In this document: one piece after another, positions 39,051 to 53,365 of the stretch
Layout: the number at the start of each line of letters is the position of its first letter
How positions within the stretch are numbered: the first letter of the stretch is position 1
Source: Balanoglossus misakiensis
Taxonomy: Eukaryota > Animalia > Hemichordata
Reading direction: 5' to 3'
Length of the DNA stretch: 64,000 bases
Assembly (NCBI GenBank): GCA_040954595.2
Contig: CM082576.2
Location: forward strand, 9,737,129 to 9,801,128
Made by a program: the position numbers and the translations under genes
The notes under the pieces: model-generated
What the model was told of the DNA's origin: nothing
Database searches by the model: none
Seen by the model: only the letters and a program-made list of their open reading frames with translations

Positions 39051-40627
39051 CGAGTTGTGAAGACATCGGTCAGTAATAATAAAACACTAACGGACCATCT
39101 AATGGAAAGAACGGCATCGACAATTTTCCTCTGTCAGAAACTGTGACGAGCGCGATGAACGATGGGTTTTCAGGTTTTAACAATTTCTCCTGGAGGGGTC
39201 TTATTTCAGGTCTAAATTAAACAGTACTATATCATAGCATAATTCAACGCGCAGAATCAATGCCGCAGCATGGTCAAGGACCAGTCTTGGAGTGTTTAAA
39301 TACAGTTAACATTAACTGGAAATAAATAGCGCATTGCCAATCGATTATCTAGGTGCCTCATCTGTTACTATTAATATTGATTGAAACAGGTGTTCTGAAT
39401 GGTATAAATAGCCATTTTTCAAATACAAGAATTTACCCTCTACTCCATTCTGCACTGGATCGGAAAACCGCTGTGTTTACATGGCATTATGTTGGCGACT
39501 GATAGTTTTAATGTTTTATCCGGAGTGTTTTCTGTTGTATAAGCTAATCCGACCTGCCATGGGCCTTTTAAAATCACCATATCGGGTGTCTTGCAATGAC
39601 TGGACTTGTTATTTGCATGATTATTCATATATTCAAACCCAGAATCCATTGTAATTTGCCCCGCTCTGATTATTTTGATTACAAGTAATTTTTTTAAACC
39701 GTAGTTTAAGTTTCTGTTCTCCAAACTCATAAGTGGAATGTAATTTCCGTGTTGTATGATTCGTTTGTATCGTTTTTGCCGGTATTCTCTGCAATAAATG
39801 AGAAGAAAGGCTACCCTAGTTTCCTACAGCGGGTCACAGTGATGGAGATTCTCGTCGGAACAGAAAACCCTTGTTGTCATCAATTTGCATGTGGGTAAGT
39901 CCATCCCCCTTGTTGGATTATGAATCGCTAATTCATGCCATGAAATGTCCGTACCTTGTGATTTTAACGTCACAAAATCCAAATATTCCATTCCCTACGT
40001 TGAAATTACATGTTTGGGGGGCAGGCCGTATTTTTTTCGGCGTATTTACCTGCATTACTACATTATGTGCGGCCGGGTTTACCTGCACTAAATTGGCGCC
40101 GTTGGATATCCATCCGCGAAAAACGGTCACCTCGAAGTCTTGCTGCGGAACTCGTCATATTATCCCCCGCCCCACGCCGTGAGACATTAATCACGGAGCG
40201 ACGACTGTCAACAATCCGTAGACAAACAAAAACCCCGCCGAATTCATAGAAACCTTGACGTCACTTCCTTTCTCTGTCAAGGAGCCATTTTAAAATCATG
40301 CTGACGAATTTAATATGTGGCATTTTGAGATACACTGATTAGCTTCACTCCATCTTTGCCAGAGGCAAGATGTGTATGCATTAATATTTTAAACCCATAT
40401 CCACTGACTAGAATTGTATTATTAGATCAATATCTCATCATTTCAGTACACGAAACTAGGTTGCAAAATCTGTATTTTAGAGGATAGTTTGTCTCAAATG
40501 CAGCTGTTATCAAACGCCTTACAAGGAGTTACAAATGGCATTGTATAACCTTTTATACACAAAACATCACCATCGCCCGGGACCATCGCACGGAACTCAG
40601 AGAAAGGTCGACATATTTCATCATAAT

Positions 40628-40641
40628 GTTACCATGGAAAC
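40628..40641. promoter_or_regulatory. RFX X-box consensus site
   Basis: GTTACCATGGAAAC fits the GTHNYY-AT-RRNAAC consensus exactly. Confidence 0.45.
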
Positions 40642-42913
40642 TTGTTCCGGGCTGTAGGGGATGTTGGCTTTCACCGGCACTGACTTGAGAAAAAAGATGT
40701 CGGATTCGCTTCCCAGAATTTGATTGAAATATATGTCATGAGCGGGGGGTAATATCAGTAGGTCTTTTTGCAAGCATTTCTAGAGAGAGTTGTAATTTCC
40801 GCTTCAAAGATTTCGCAGCTTTTGCTGTTATGTAGCGGGTTTTTTTTCATTTAATTGATGCCCGCTTCATCTATACTTCGCCACAATGTCGTTGTATTTC
40901 TCTCCCTGGAACGGATGAAGCCCCGAGGTATAAATTCTGAGATTTAGAATTATTCGGCCGTCCATTTCCTCCCATGATCCCTTTCGCTATGCAAATGCCC
41001 GGTCAGGGCTCTCAAGGTGGATGTAAATCAAGAATGCATCTGAGAAGTTATCTGTTGATGCCCGCAGCAGAAATGTGGCGATTACTCGAGACCTGCCTTG
41101 AATTTCAATCGATATTGGCAAACCGAAAGTGGGGTGGGGAATCTATATTCGCATCTTGTGCCCATTTTATTATGGCACGCGTTGTTGCTGTCGAGTGCAG
41201 GTGGCATCGCCTGCGAGTTTCGATCCCCGCAGTGTAAACTCACGTGTTCTTACTTACATTGTATTAGCTTGCGTTCTCGTTTTGTCACTGGATATCCCAT
41301 GCGCAGTTCTCCCGCTTTAATTCGACCTGTAATATTTTTTTTTCTAAGAATTTTCAGCGACCTGAAATCTGACAGGCACAATTTTCTTCCCAGGGCGGCT
41401 TATCCAGGGTTGCTTCTATAGGAAACAAGCCTTTTATATCGCTCACTGCATGTTTCGCTACGGTAACACGACGCTGAAATTGAAATCCCCGTTTTAATTT
41501 GCCGTGTTTTTTTTCTCGAAAAGGCAGTGCGTATACGTATACTGTAATTGGAATTATTTAACTTGAAAACGGGCACGCTGGGAAGAGAACAGAAAACAGG
41601 CCAGTGCTGTATGTAATTACGCATTCATAAAAACACGCTTCTTCCCATGTATATACACACACGGTACATTTGCGTGTACAGGTCAGGCCGAGCGGTAAAT
41701 GTCATTTTGAAACCGAATTTGCAGCGCTTTCTTCTCTTGACATTTTCATAACAAGTCTCGCGGCAGCAGACATGTGCTTCGAAAATTGATTGCAATCATT
41801 TCATAGATCGATTTGCGCAACTTATTGCGGAGTCGACAGAAATGTGCGTGGAACTAATGGGGCGGGAAGAATGAGAGATACCATAGAATTTCAAATTTGC
41901 ATTTCTCGGTCGTTTTGCTGGGCATAATGTGTGCTTCCGCTAGTTTTCCGGTTCCAGGCGTTGATTTATGATGAAAGGACACTTCCAGTGAAATAGAATG
42001 CTGAGGCACAGCGCCATGGAAGAGCACACGTTTCATCCAAGAATTTTACACGTGGAATGATACCAATAATTCGTTCAGTTACTTTAATAGGCGTAATCAG
42101 GATATTTGCTATACTACAGCCTGGCAATGATTCAAGCAAACACACACACACTGCGAGATGTTGCTTTGTGCGTTTTATAATAACCGCATACTATATCTGT
42201 CGTAAGAAAAAAAAATCTATTATACGCTTCACACGTATATGTACATCATGTACTGCCCAAGACACTGGTTGATGCATCGCGTGACACCAGCTCATAAAAA
42301 TACTCGCTTATTTATGTGCGGTTTTGCACAGTTCAGTAAAGTGGACAAAATCGTCGAATTAAAAAATCAGTTTTCAGTCAGTCAGTCAGCCTGTCTGTCT
42401 GTCAGGGGGGAATGACATTATGGCACGGAAGCCCTACGTATGGGGAATAATTATAAACTTCCTTTGTTTGGTGTTTTACCTTTCAAAATTCAAGATTCCC
42501 AGAAAGAATGTACTGTGTTTACGGACAATAAAAAAGGGATTACTTTTTGCGTAGCCACTTCTGCAGTAACCGAATCCTGCCAGAAAATAATTGGACATTG
42601 ATGTGTTCACGTATAAAAGACACGCTTTCTTAGAGAAGTATCTGCAGGACACTGAGACTGCTCATTTATTTGAGGATCTTCTCTCTGCGTTACGCAAGAG
42701 GCCTAATTTCTGCATGATATTGAATTCATCACATGAGCTAAATTGGTGTTGATTTTATTTCAACGCCATTTGGGGATTTCTCGTGTTGATTTCGTGCACA
42801 CGCGGACAGGTGACACCGTTATGATCAAAATAAATCTTACGTGTAATATATTTAAATAACAAATTACATAACTCACGCCAAGGTTGCTATCGTTGCGATG
42901 GCGCATAGTTTAC

Positions 42914-42957
42914 GCGTGGCCACAAAATGAAAATCTGTGATTGGCCAGATCTCAGCT
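42914..42957 (-). repeat. Dispersed repeat copy B (inverted relative to 20606-20649)
   Basis: Reverse complement is agctgagatctggccaatcacagattttcattttgtggccacgc; weaker similarity continues through gcgcca in both copies. Confidence 0.75.
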
Positions 42958-45900
42958 TCTCTTGATGGTAACTGTAGCTAATTTTACACAAATCATCAAA
43001 CGTTATAGTATACTGAGTCGTATTAGTCAACCTTTATGATTTTTATCAATTGTAGAGTGTTACTATTTGTTGGCTAATTTTTGTTCAAATCACGGTTGTC
43101 ATATCAACCTGTCCATGTACAGTTTTTTTTCTTCTGAAACTGTGAAGCTGATATTTTATCCGGCTAACGTTGACGTCTTGAAATTTAAGGTGCCGTTCTA
43201 TACGCCGATTCAAGCGCTATTCTCATGGGGTTACTATAGCGAAGGAAATTATTGACGTCTCGCTGTAATGTACAAGTCAAATCTTTTTTGGCGTCTTAAA
43301 TCCGCAAATGGTTTTACCACAAAGACGTCACGGCAAATTCTTCGGTGATACTAAGTCGTCTTGTCAGGGACTAGAAATCAGTTATTGGATAAATCCGATT
43401 TGGAGGCTTTTGCAAATAAAGCAACTGTTGCCACCACGACTCGGTAACGATCGCAGGTGATCCGCTCGCTTTTCATTTTCTCGCTGATAGAGGTATTGCC
43501 GACACAAGCGCGGGCATGGATCCGGCTGTCTCGTTTTAGCCGCGCTGTAATGAACTTCCCTTTTATTTCGGACTCAGGTGTTCAGAAACTGACTCTTGTC
43601 AGCGAAGGAATGAGCGACTGATGCCTTTGCGGCGAATGTGAGCCGCTTTCCAATCATCCGTGTGGTTTTGCATGTCACGCAGATGTATCGACTGTGCTCG
43701 CTGAAAGAAAAACAGTCGCGGCTGGTCGTTAAAAAAAATCTTTAGAGCACAAGGTTGGTCGCCTGCATTTGGCAGTGCAAAATTACCTTATACGCCGCAT
43801 GCATGGTTTATTTATTTGTTTATTTATTTTTTATGCTGGGAAATTTCACGCTTGCTGTCTGTACCGGTGTGTACCGGCCACGATTACGTCACTTGAACAA
43901 AAGCGCTGGAACGCACGACGGCAGCTGCCACTCAAAAAAAAAACAAACGATGTCCCAGCTCTATTCTATCATGCGCGATCATATCTAAAGCTGGGGGGAT
44001 TATTTGATTTCCATTTGACTCGCATTCATTAGCGGCAAAACACTGGTCAATTTATTTCAAAACTGTGTTGGTTTCGATGAATATTGACGCATGAAATAAC
44101 GAGATTATCGCAGTTTAATGCATTTGTAATGAGATTCCGACGGGGGCCTTTCACCGGCGCGGCGCTCACCAATAGGCCACGTGTGTGAGTGCCGGGAATC
44201 GCATTTCATCGAAGCCGTCAAATAAATACACGCTGATGTGGGTTTTTTTCACGCTCCGTTCAGCGCTGCGATTTATTCTATTCCCAGGGCCCGTTCCACT
44301 TAATGCAAAAACGTAATAAGCAATAAGAAAAACTATTAAACCAAAATATTTTGTTCAAGATGTTACGTTTGAGCCACGCAAGTCGCTTTGGTTATGAGCA
44401 TCTGCAAATTTCTGAGTGACCTCTGGGAGCCAATCTGACCCCAGCCATGTTTCAGTTCTTGAAGATAGTAAAAACAAGGTACGAGCTCATGGAAGAAAAT
44501 ACGTCGACTTTCATGTCGCTCAATCGAAAAATATACACGATTTTGACGTATGGATTGCCTTCCTGTATCTGTTTTGATGTCGTTTCTAGTTTTCACAAAG
44601 AAATTACACAATGACACGATAACAACCGTTAACATTATTACAGCATTATTACTGTCATCCTCTCGATCGGCACAATTGCCAGTGATATCATTATCATGCC
44701 AATCAAAAACTCGTCTCGTATCTGTGTTCAAAGAAGACATCTTCAACGCTTCATTTTCATGGGTAAATCTCGCGATCGCCGAATCCATTATCTCTCTCAT
44801 CGGCTTTAAAAATATCTTCCTCAGGGAGCGTGGTTTTTCAGGGAGGCGGATTAAACATAGGAAGAGGGTATTTGCTTCCCGTCACGTTCTTTACCAATCA
44901 AAAGACAGACAAAGCACGTAAAACACAATCAAATTAGCGTCGCGTGATTGGGGAAATGTGTTTGGCAGAGAAAGTCAATATTTTCTGTGCTGACGGCTGC
45001 GCATACAAAATCCCACCTCATCTGCCCGAGTGCGTATATACGGTACGCATACATTTGTCAACACATCACTGCGCATGTCAAGCTAAAGTGGTCGTGCCCT
45101 AGCAGAATTCGTGATGTCTTCGGGCGTAGACGATCGACCTGGCGAAAACAACAGCGAGTCATTGGCTATTGTTGACAAATTTATCCAAACGCAGGCTTAA
45201 ATTCCATTTTCAACCATAACAACGCTGGCGGTACACACATAGGCTGTGTTGATAGGCAAAATAGGGAGCTGGAATAGAAACTGCAACTGATGCACACAAT
45301 AAAAATGTTGATTAAAGAAATAACCCAAAGTTATATTGTAACACCCATTGACTTTGTTTCCAAGTGCTGGAAAACAGGCTTTTGGGTTTTGAACACAACG
45401 CGTGACCGCTTTGTAACGAATAATGAGATCGATATAAACCTGCTAGTCGAATTGACGACTGATTTATCCTTCCAGACAAGTGATTTACGGCAACTCTGCC
45501 AACTGTTTACAAAGTATTTCGGGAAGACATTGTTTTTGTAATCTACCAATAAATTTGTCATATTGAGTACGCAAGCATAGTGTAGCTACCTGGCAAATTT
45601 ACGATCGCCATCCTTTACGACCAAAAAGTCGATTACGAGCTTATATATTATCCATAAAAACAAAACCATCAATTACCATAATGCACGGATCGGACTTTAA
45701 GGTTGAAATTGAGTAACCCTGGGTGTGTGCGGGTCGTTCCACGTTCACGACGGCAGCCGATAGATACGAAAAGGCGTTTCCGAACTTGTGCCCATCATGT
45801 CACCCTCACATCGTCTTGTGGGACAGCGCATGCAGTCACAATGGCGGAAGCGATTAACTGTCTGCGTTGCCCCCTCTCGAAAAACAACTTCATATGCGAG

Positions 45901-47840
45901 CGGCGAATGTCACGTAAAGGAATTCCGTCACGGACGGTGACGTGAATTCGAGAATAGCTATGGAGAATAAGTGTTGCCATGGTGAAGCAACGCAACCTAT
46001 TCAACCGTAAAACCAATTAACGACAATTTCCATCATAACCTTAAAGGGCAGATTTTCATTCAGGCGTTTCGCTTCAAAAAATTGGTCGTCAGAAATGCAT
46101 ATCGTCTGCAGGGACGGAAAGAAACGGGCGCACGCCTGTTCAGACACATTGGAATGTCGTTAGATTCAGTGGATGTTGTTGGCATTTGAAACAATCGTGA
46201 TGAATGCTTCAGTGCATTCGCAGGTCGACAGCGAGAAATCAGGGAAAACAATTCCTCTGAAATGTTGCCCATTAGCGCCACGTTAGAATCCACACGGATA
46301 TTTGATTGTGTGGAATTATTTCAATTCCTTTACTACATTTGATGGAACTTTCTAGAGATCTTGTTTTCACATGTACATGTACAATGTATTAAACTGTAAT
46401 ATGAATACTTCGCAGTTTGGAGTCAATTAACTGCAATGTCGTAATTAATAATCATTTCCGATTATTGATATTGATCTCACGAAGGACTGGTTGTATTGTA
46501 ACGCCCCCAAGCGACATTTAGCAGTGTCCTGTTCATTAACTCCTTATTTGCATATTTAGCATATCTGTGCAATTATTGCTATAAATCCAGAGTAATCACA
46601 CCATATTAGAAAACTGCAAGAGATTTTCTCACATGAAGTGAACTGTAGCAGGACAAACACATAATCACCCAAAACAAAGTAAAACTTTAATTGCACAATT
46701 AATTAAATGGCGCGAATGAAGACATATAAACAACTGATTGCATCAGATATCAGCACCTGGACATTATAATAAACCAGATAACCAATGACAAGACATTAAT
46801 CACCTTCACTTCTGCACATAATTACACTTTGAAAACTGTTATCATGTTATCTTTCGATATGGGGTAATGCTGATGATAAGGTACCCGGTGGGTACTTCAT
46901 TGTGTTGAAGAAACTGCAGTCGATAAACAAAAATACTGAATATGGTTTTAAAATAAACAGTGTATCTGTGTTTTCTCTTTAGTGTCCATGAGATGAAAAA
47001 TGCGACTGACAAGGACGCTTAATATGGAGATGCAACTCGATTCTGTGTCACCTTGTTTTTGAGCACGTATAAAAGTGCATTTTTTCAGGGTATTTGAACT
47101 GCCCTTCAAGCCTGAACGGAACCACGAGAAGGCGTCTTAATGGAAACTGTCGATTGAAGTTCTTCTGCGACAAGTCACTTTCAAGATCAATGCACGACGC
47201 GTCGAGTTCGATCATCTCGGCGTCTCAAGTGATATCTTATTAAACATTCAGGCCACGTCTCCCTCGCTTTCCAGGTAGCTGTCAGATGCGATCAGCCCAG
47301 ACGCACGCCGCTCTCTGTGTACTCTATACCCATCAATCTTGGCCGAGTGGCGTGCACAGCTAGTGTACTGCACTCAGAGCGTTCTGTCGCAATTACAAGA
47401 GCATCGCCGGGGAATTCTTAATAACACACCAGAATACCCCTGTGAAAATTAAGTATGCAAAATGGCCATTGATGCATGGGGAAATCATAAATGTTAGATG
47501 TTCTTAAGTATGAACTACTGTCAACGCCGACTGTTGTTCGGCTTTGCTGGGTGCCATCGGAGGTAATGGATAAATCGTTTCAATCGATCAGAGGTTGCCT
47601 AAACTTCCGCTTCGAAAAGGTCAGATAGACCACATGAAAGGAAAGTGTTCCCGCGTTGTGAAAGAAAATATTGAAATCACATGAAAATTAGTGATATTTT
47701 TCATGAAACTTTTCGATATTATGTTGTGGGGTCAGTATGGTATGCAGCAGTTTAATTTACTAGTATACATGTATATGCCACAACTGTGTTAAGTACATAT
47801 ACATTGTACGCGGTAGCTAGAATCATCAATTGTCTATCTG

Positions 47841-47880
47841 CTTCTGTCTGTCTGTCTGTCTGTCTGCCTGCCTGTCTGTC
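47841..47880. repeat. (TCTG/CCTG)n microsatellite
   Basis: tctgtctgtctgtctgtctgtctgcctgcctgtctgtc. Confidence 0.85.
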
Positions 47881-48469
47881 GCTTTCTCTATCTACCTGTC
47901 CTTGGTTGTCTTTATCAGTTTATCCCTATCTGTCAATATCCCCACACCTCTGTGTCTGGCTCTGTTGCTGTTAGTCTCTTACTCTATCCCACACATGATG
48001 CATTATTGGAGTTCCACGTTGACATCTGCATTTGTAGCCTGTAAAACACTCAAATTGTGGGTGAAACTAAATTACACTTACTATGAGAAAGGCACGCATG
48101 CAATTTATTTGCTGTAGTGTAAACATTATATTAATCATGAGAAATCTGACAACCAATAAGTGCCCGTATTTGCGCAGCGTGGGCATAATTTCAATACGTA
48201 AAATACGTACAGATTGCTTCTTATTTCTTATTAATATAGCCATCCAGCTCAAATTTGCCGTTCTTTTTTCCTGCTATAAGTTATTTCTGAACACGACAAT
48301 TGACAAAGTACATTAAATTGCACTTACAAGAATGACAGAACGAACTGAATACGTCTGGTTACAGGGGTTATGGGACTTCAATTATAAATTGAGACAAGAA
48401 ACATACCTCAACCAGGCCAGTCCGTTTATTCACCTATTCAACTATATATCTAGATATATTGAAAGGATC

Positions 48470-48612
48470 GTATGTATGGTATGGTATGTATGTATGGTAT
48501 GTATGTACGTACGTACATACGTACGTACTACGTGCGTGCGTACGTGCGTGCGTGTGTGCGTACGTGCGTGCGTGCGTGCGTGCGTGCGTGTGCGTAATTA
48601 TGTATGTGTGTA
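48470..48612. repeat. Compound (TATG/TACG/CGTG)n microsatellite
   Basis: Seen directly; it produces the spurious low-complexity ORFs at 48332-48689. Confidence 0.9.
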
Positions 48613-51600
48613 TACTTCCTCGCAAAAATGTTTTAAGAAAAGCAAACGTTCGTATGAGAGAAAGTAAACCCTTGTTCACTCAAGAGTAATGATAATATCC
48701 TTTAGCAAATGATCCCGGCCGTACATTCGAAATTTACATAAACCAATTTGCAAACAAATTACTGTGAAACTGCACAAACGGACCGAAACGGAATATATTG
48801 CTACGGAAACTTACTCACTCATGAAAATATCGCAATAGTCTTTGAACGCTACGACAACTTGTAAATATGTAGGCACCACGTGTCACAAAATAAATGTAGA
48901 TCGATTGTCAATTAACATGAATTAATTCTTTGCTTCGTTTTGTTTTTGTTTAAATAGATTGACAATTAATTTGAAGTTTTCACATGAGGAAGCGCCGTTA
49001 ATTGTGTGGCAGATTACAGACGACCCGCGCAGTTCGCGGCAGTTATCTGTTCGCCAACCGGCGTACAGTAAAGGGCTTTCTCACCCTCTTCCAATGGAAT
49101 CCAACTTAATTGCCGATTAGAATTCTGTCCCCAAAGAACAATTATTTACAGCCATACATAAAGTCGCTTTTTAAATGCTGGCAAGATAGTGGGAAAACCG
49201 TCTCGCCGTGCTGGCAATTCAAGTCCATGCGCAAGATTAAATCTGGGCATTTTGAGTTGATGTGCTGTGCGCCGGCAATCTTGTGACAGCCTGAACTCCA
49301 AATGGTACATCGAGTACGAGTCGTGATGAATGCGAAATTGAACAAGTGGTGAAGTTTTGCCACGGCTAATATATATGCAAATTTTTCCTCTGGGCGAAAA
49401 CGGCCTCTGCGCGTGCGCCAACATGTCAGGCGATGTATTGGCCGCATGAATTCCATGTTTTACAACTAAGAAACGAAATTGCCTCATGCGCAAATCACTG
49501 CAGTGAATTACTGTTTATATGATTGCAAGTACAAGTCACATGCATGTGTTTGCCTGCGATTGGTTTTGTATCACAAATCGGGGAAACAAGTTGTTGCAAA
49601 TATACAGAATGCATTGTCCTCGCAAACAATATTTTGCATGGAAAAGGTACACAATTAATTTTTAAAAAGTCGGACATTGGAATCAAAACTATAGTAGGTA
49701 TGCCGACAACAAATAATCTTGGCGTTGAAGGCAAGATAATTTGGATTCACAGGTCGGAAATTGTAAATAAGACGTGCTAGAGCAGTAGTTAATAGAAAAT
49801 TGGCTGCAAACTGGTTTTATATATCATCAATTTTTAATTGAACAAGTGTTTTTTTTCTTCTGTCAAGTAAGATGAATACAGTAAATTAATCTGGGGTATG
49901 AATGTCATTTAATTATTAAGCGAAGCTCTGGGGAAAAGTATACGTAATATGATTTTATTCTAATTTCGTGGGAAATTTTGTGTCTGTAAGTAAACAAATG
50001 TGACTGTAATATTGATATAAGAGACGCACGTGTACAGATCAACTGCAATTAGGGCAAGCAAGTTGAGATAACAGTATTTGTAGGTTCTGTGAAATGGTGG
50101 CGCTTTGGGATTTTGCCTTGTCGTATCTGTGAGAACTCTCTGGTGTGCTGCTTTCCGATATGCAAATGTTTCGTATCGACATAGTTCTGTGTTTTGTTCT
50201 ATATATGTGACTGTCCATGGCTATATACTTCTCATTTTTTGTCATTCGATTTCAGATTACAAATCAAAATAGCGTCATTGGATTATCGACTTTCGTGTGA
50301 TATTCTGTCGATAAATCCAGTGTTTCTCGAGGGACAAATCAATATTAATATTTTCACATCATTTTTGACTTTCTTTTTTTTCTATCCCATCTTTCTGTTC
50401 GCACTGTATTCAAACAAGCTAGCACACATGTTTGTGATTTCACGCCGCGAAGTGCAAAACCAACATACTTCATTTCCCCCAAAGACAGTTTTATACTTCT
50501 TCAAAAGCGCTCCGATGATGGCACAACAAGTTAACATTTGTTGCATTTTGTAACAGTTGGTTCAAGTTGTTTTTATCTTTTATATCGTCCACTTTGAAAT
50601 GAATATAAGCTGTGCTTCTAACAGTTGTCCGGTGTTGCACTTTAACTAACGCGTTCGGCAAAACATATAATATAACGATAACTTGAAAGTAAACACTTTA
50701 GATACCATTTGTAAGAGCTAGGCCATGGACTCGACAGAACAAAGAGAGATGCAAAAGGATCCCTTTGAAACCGGACTCGGCTAAGTCTTGCAGGGTTTTC
50801 TTGAAAATGTCGACAGCGTTAATCAAAAGGCCTCGGGGGAACTCCGCTCTTGACGACCAGCAGCGATCTGATCTAGTAATCACAGCTTTTGTTGAGAGTT
50901 TGTGTAATCCGTACCGTTCGAGCTTCTTGTCCCACTGGTGATTAGCGGGCTCGCTAGAGGGGGTCACAAGAGTTGCCCCGGGCGCAAATACATAACGGGG
51001 ATTTTACTTCCTTCGATGACCCTATACCAGGCTTTGATTTTTACGTAAATATTGATTTGTGAACTTCACATATAACATGATTGGGACTATCTGGGGATAA
51101 TTGCATTAACGAATATATCACCTGAAAACAGTTGCACTTGAGAACTCGAGAAAGTCAACATCCGAATTTTGTCATGGAAAGAACAAACAGCCATGACAAG
51201 AACAGCAGGTGGAGTTGACATGTACTCTTCTGATGAGCTTTTTACACGTTTTATCCGCTCGCAATTGTCCCAAAATAGTTCGAATCGTGTTGTGTGCACC
51301 TGTGTATTAAGCCTTCGCGTGTGCATTTGAGGACATACCAGCAGAATGGAGATTTCCGACAGGAACCTCTTGATGATGCCGAGTGGTTCAAGTTTCCAAT
51401 CACTCCAGTGACGTGCACACGTCTGGCGTCAAGCACACGTTGGATCAGCGTACCCTGGAGGAATAACATCTTTCTTCCTTCAAAAGTAGTGGGGCCACGT
51501 AATAGGACCGGCGTCTATTTTACTTATGAGATAAAGTGACCACAACAAGCTGAACGAGAGAGAGGGGGAGAGATTCACCCTATTGTTCTATTGCTTGATT

Positions 51601-52962
51601 TTCAGTAAAACATTATAATGCCACTTTTTACGAGAATGATCAAGTAGAGCAGTGAAATATCTCTTTTCATGATCTAATTATTGCACAGTAGTTCCAATCT
51701 CCCCCACTGTTGCTGACCTCTGACATCATGTTGGAATCTCCCTTAAAACAGGTTCAAAGTGCAGATGTTCCCATAATTTGCTCCCCTTCAACTACATGTA
51801 TGATTCAACGCATTTAAATTCAACCTCAGGGAACTGGTTGTCTGATGTTCATTCAGGCTGCTCTTTTTGCTCCATACGCAGATTCTGTACATGATAACGC
51901 ACGCATGTTCGCCAATATGCACATACCATTTTCCGTTTGAGTTATTTTACTCACTATTTAATACTGTGGGGGAAGAGTCAGGGTTTGGGTGGGGTTTTTT
52001 GTCGCCTTTTTGCTATATATAACAACATGACACATCGACAATATAAAAACAACAAGCAGAGATAATGAAAACTGGTTCAATTTGTGAATGATAATGAATA
52101 TTGGTCAAGAGAGGGAATCAGTCAAGATTCTGGAGACTCTGAAATCCAGTCACAGTCTTTGTGGCATGTCCAGGTACACGTATTAAAGACAGGGCCCCCT
52201 CTGGCTGATTGACAGCTGCCACTTTTCCTCTGATCTCATTATGATCCAACTAATAATGTCCTGTTTAGGATAATACTCACACACCTGAGACTCTCCTCAC
52301 AACGAGAGAGAAAAAATTCCCACCAGGCTGGTCATTTCGAAAGAACAATGACTTCAAATTTCCTGACCACGCATTGACAATGAGGAGAAATCAGTGCACG
52401 CAGTCGTGATTGAATCAAAGTTTCTCAAGTGGCATGATTCAGCCTTTTGAATTTCTGCACACCAGCGCTCATGTCACGGCATGATGTAGTGGTGTGGAAT
52501 GTTGGTTTCCCGTGATCGAGCGATTCAAGATTTTCTCCGTTTCACGCAAGAATGTTTCAAGAGAGGATCCCCGAGATGAGAATTCAGATTTAGTTGAAAA
52601 ACCAGCCTGGCAGACGTAAAACTGTCAGAAACGAGACTTCCTTATTACCATTACAGTAGAATTTTTTTCCCCAAATCCTCACAGAGAACTCAAAATCTGT
52701 CAAAGCCTCTCGGCAAACGGCCATGAATTTTGAAAAATTCTCACATCCGTCTTTGGCTTAACGCTGTTAATTTCACACTGACATGAGTCATGGAGTCGGG
52801 GTATGAAAGATTGATAGACCGTGGCTTGAACGTCTGCAATGAGTAGCAACACATTACTAGTTTATGGGTGAAAACCCAACACCATTCCCATCCCCCCCCC
52901 ACACACACACTCACAGTACTTTGATCCGAGACAAGAGCTAATTAACCATTCTGTGCACATAC

Positions 52963-52968
52963 TTTATT
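52963..52968 (-). other. Candidate polyadenylation signal for DRC5/TCTE1
   Basis: tttatt on + = AATAAA on -, ~400 nt past the stop at 53366. Confidence 0.4.
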
Positions 52969-53365
52969 GAGAATGCACGTCTAGAAAATCTTAATACATA
53001 GTAGTGGTGTAAATGAAGCTACGCAAACAGAGTAACTGTACCTGTAGAAACCGAGCATTACTGCTAGGGTTTGAGAGAAAAGAGCGTCGTAATTGAGTAG
53101 CAAAATTACTTTAAATGACAAACTGCATTATATTTACACAGACTCTCCGCCACAAAAGCCTTTGTGAACATATACATTTCAGTTAAAATACTTGGAGGCC
53201 TTGAGATGTGGACGGACTATTCAAAGAAGGTTTCGCTTCCACCGTAATTACCATAATAAAATTAGGTGTATTCACTTCGACAGGATAGTCCCCTGCTGAA
53301 CTGCTGTAGCAGGCTTTATATTGAAAATAAAATAGAATTTGGTGGAAACATCCTGCTTTCGTGGG

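Noticed and set aside
44363-44921. Overlapping 145-aa (-) and 123-aa (+) ORFs
   Set aside because: No recognisable motifs or exon boundaries; not supportable without a homology search.
46749-46766. REST/NRSE-like TCAGCACC-T-GGACA
   Set aside because: Spacer is one base short of canonical RE1 and the right half is degenerate.
48332-48689. ORFs with CVRA/THAR repeats
   Set aside because: Translations of the compound microsatellite.
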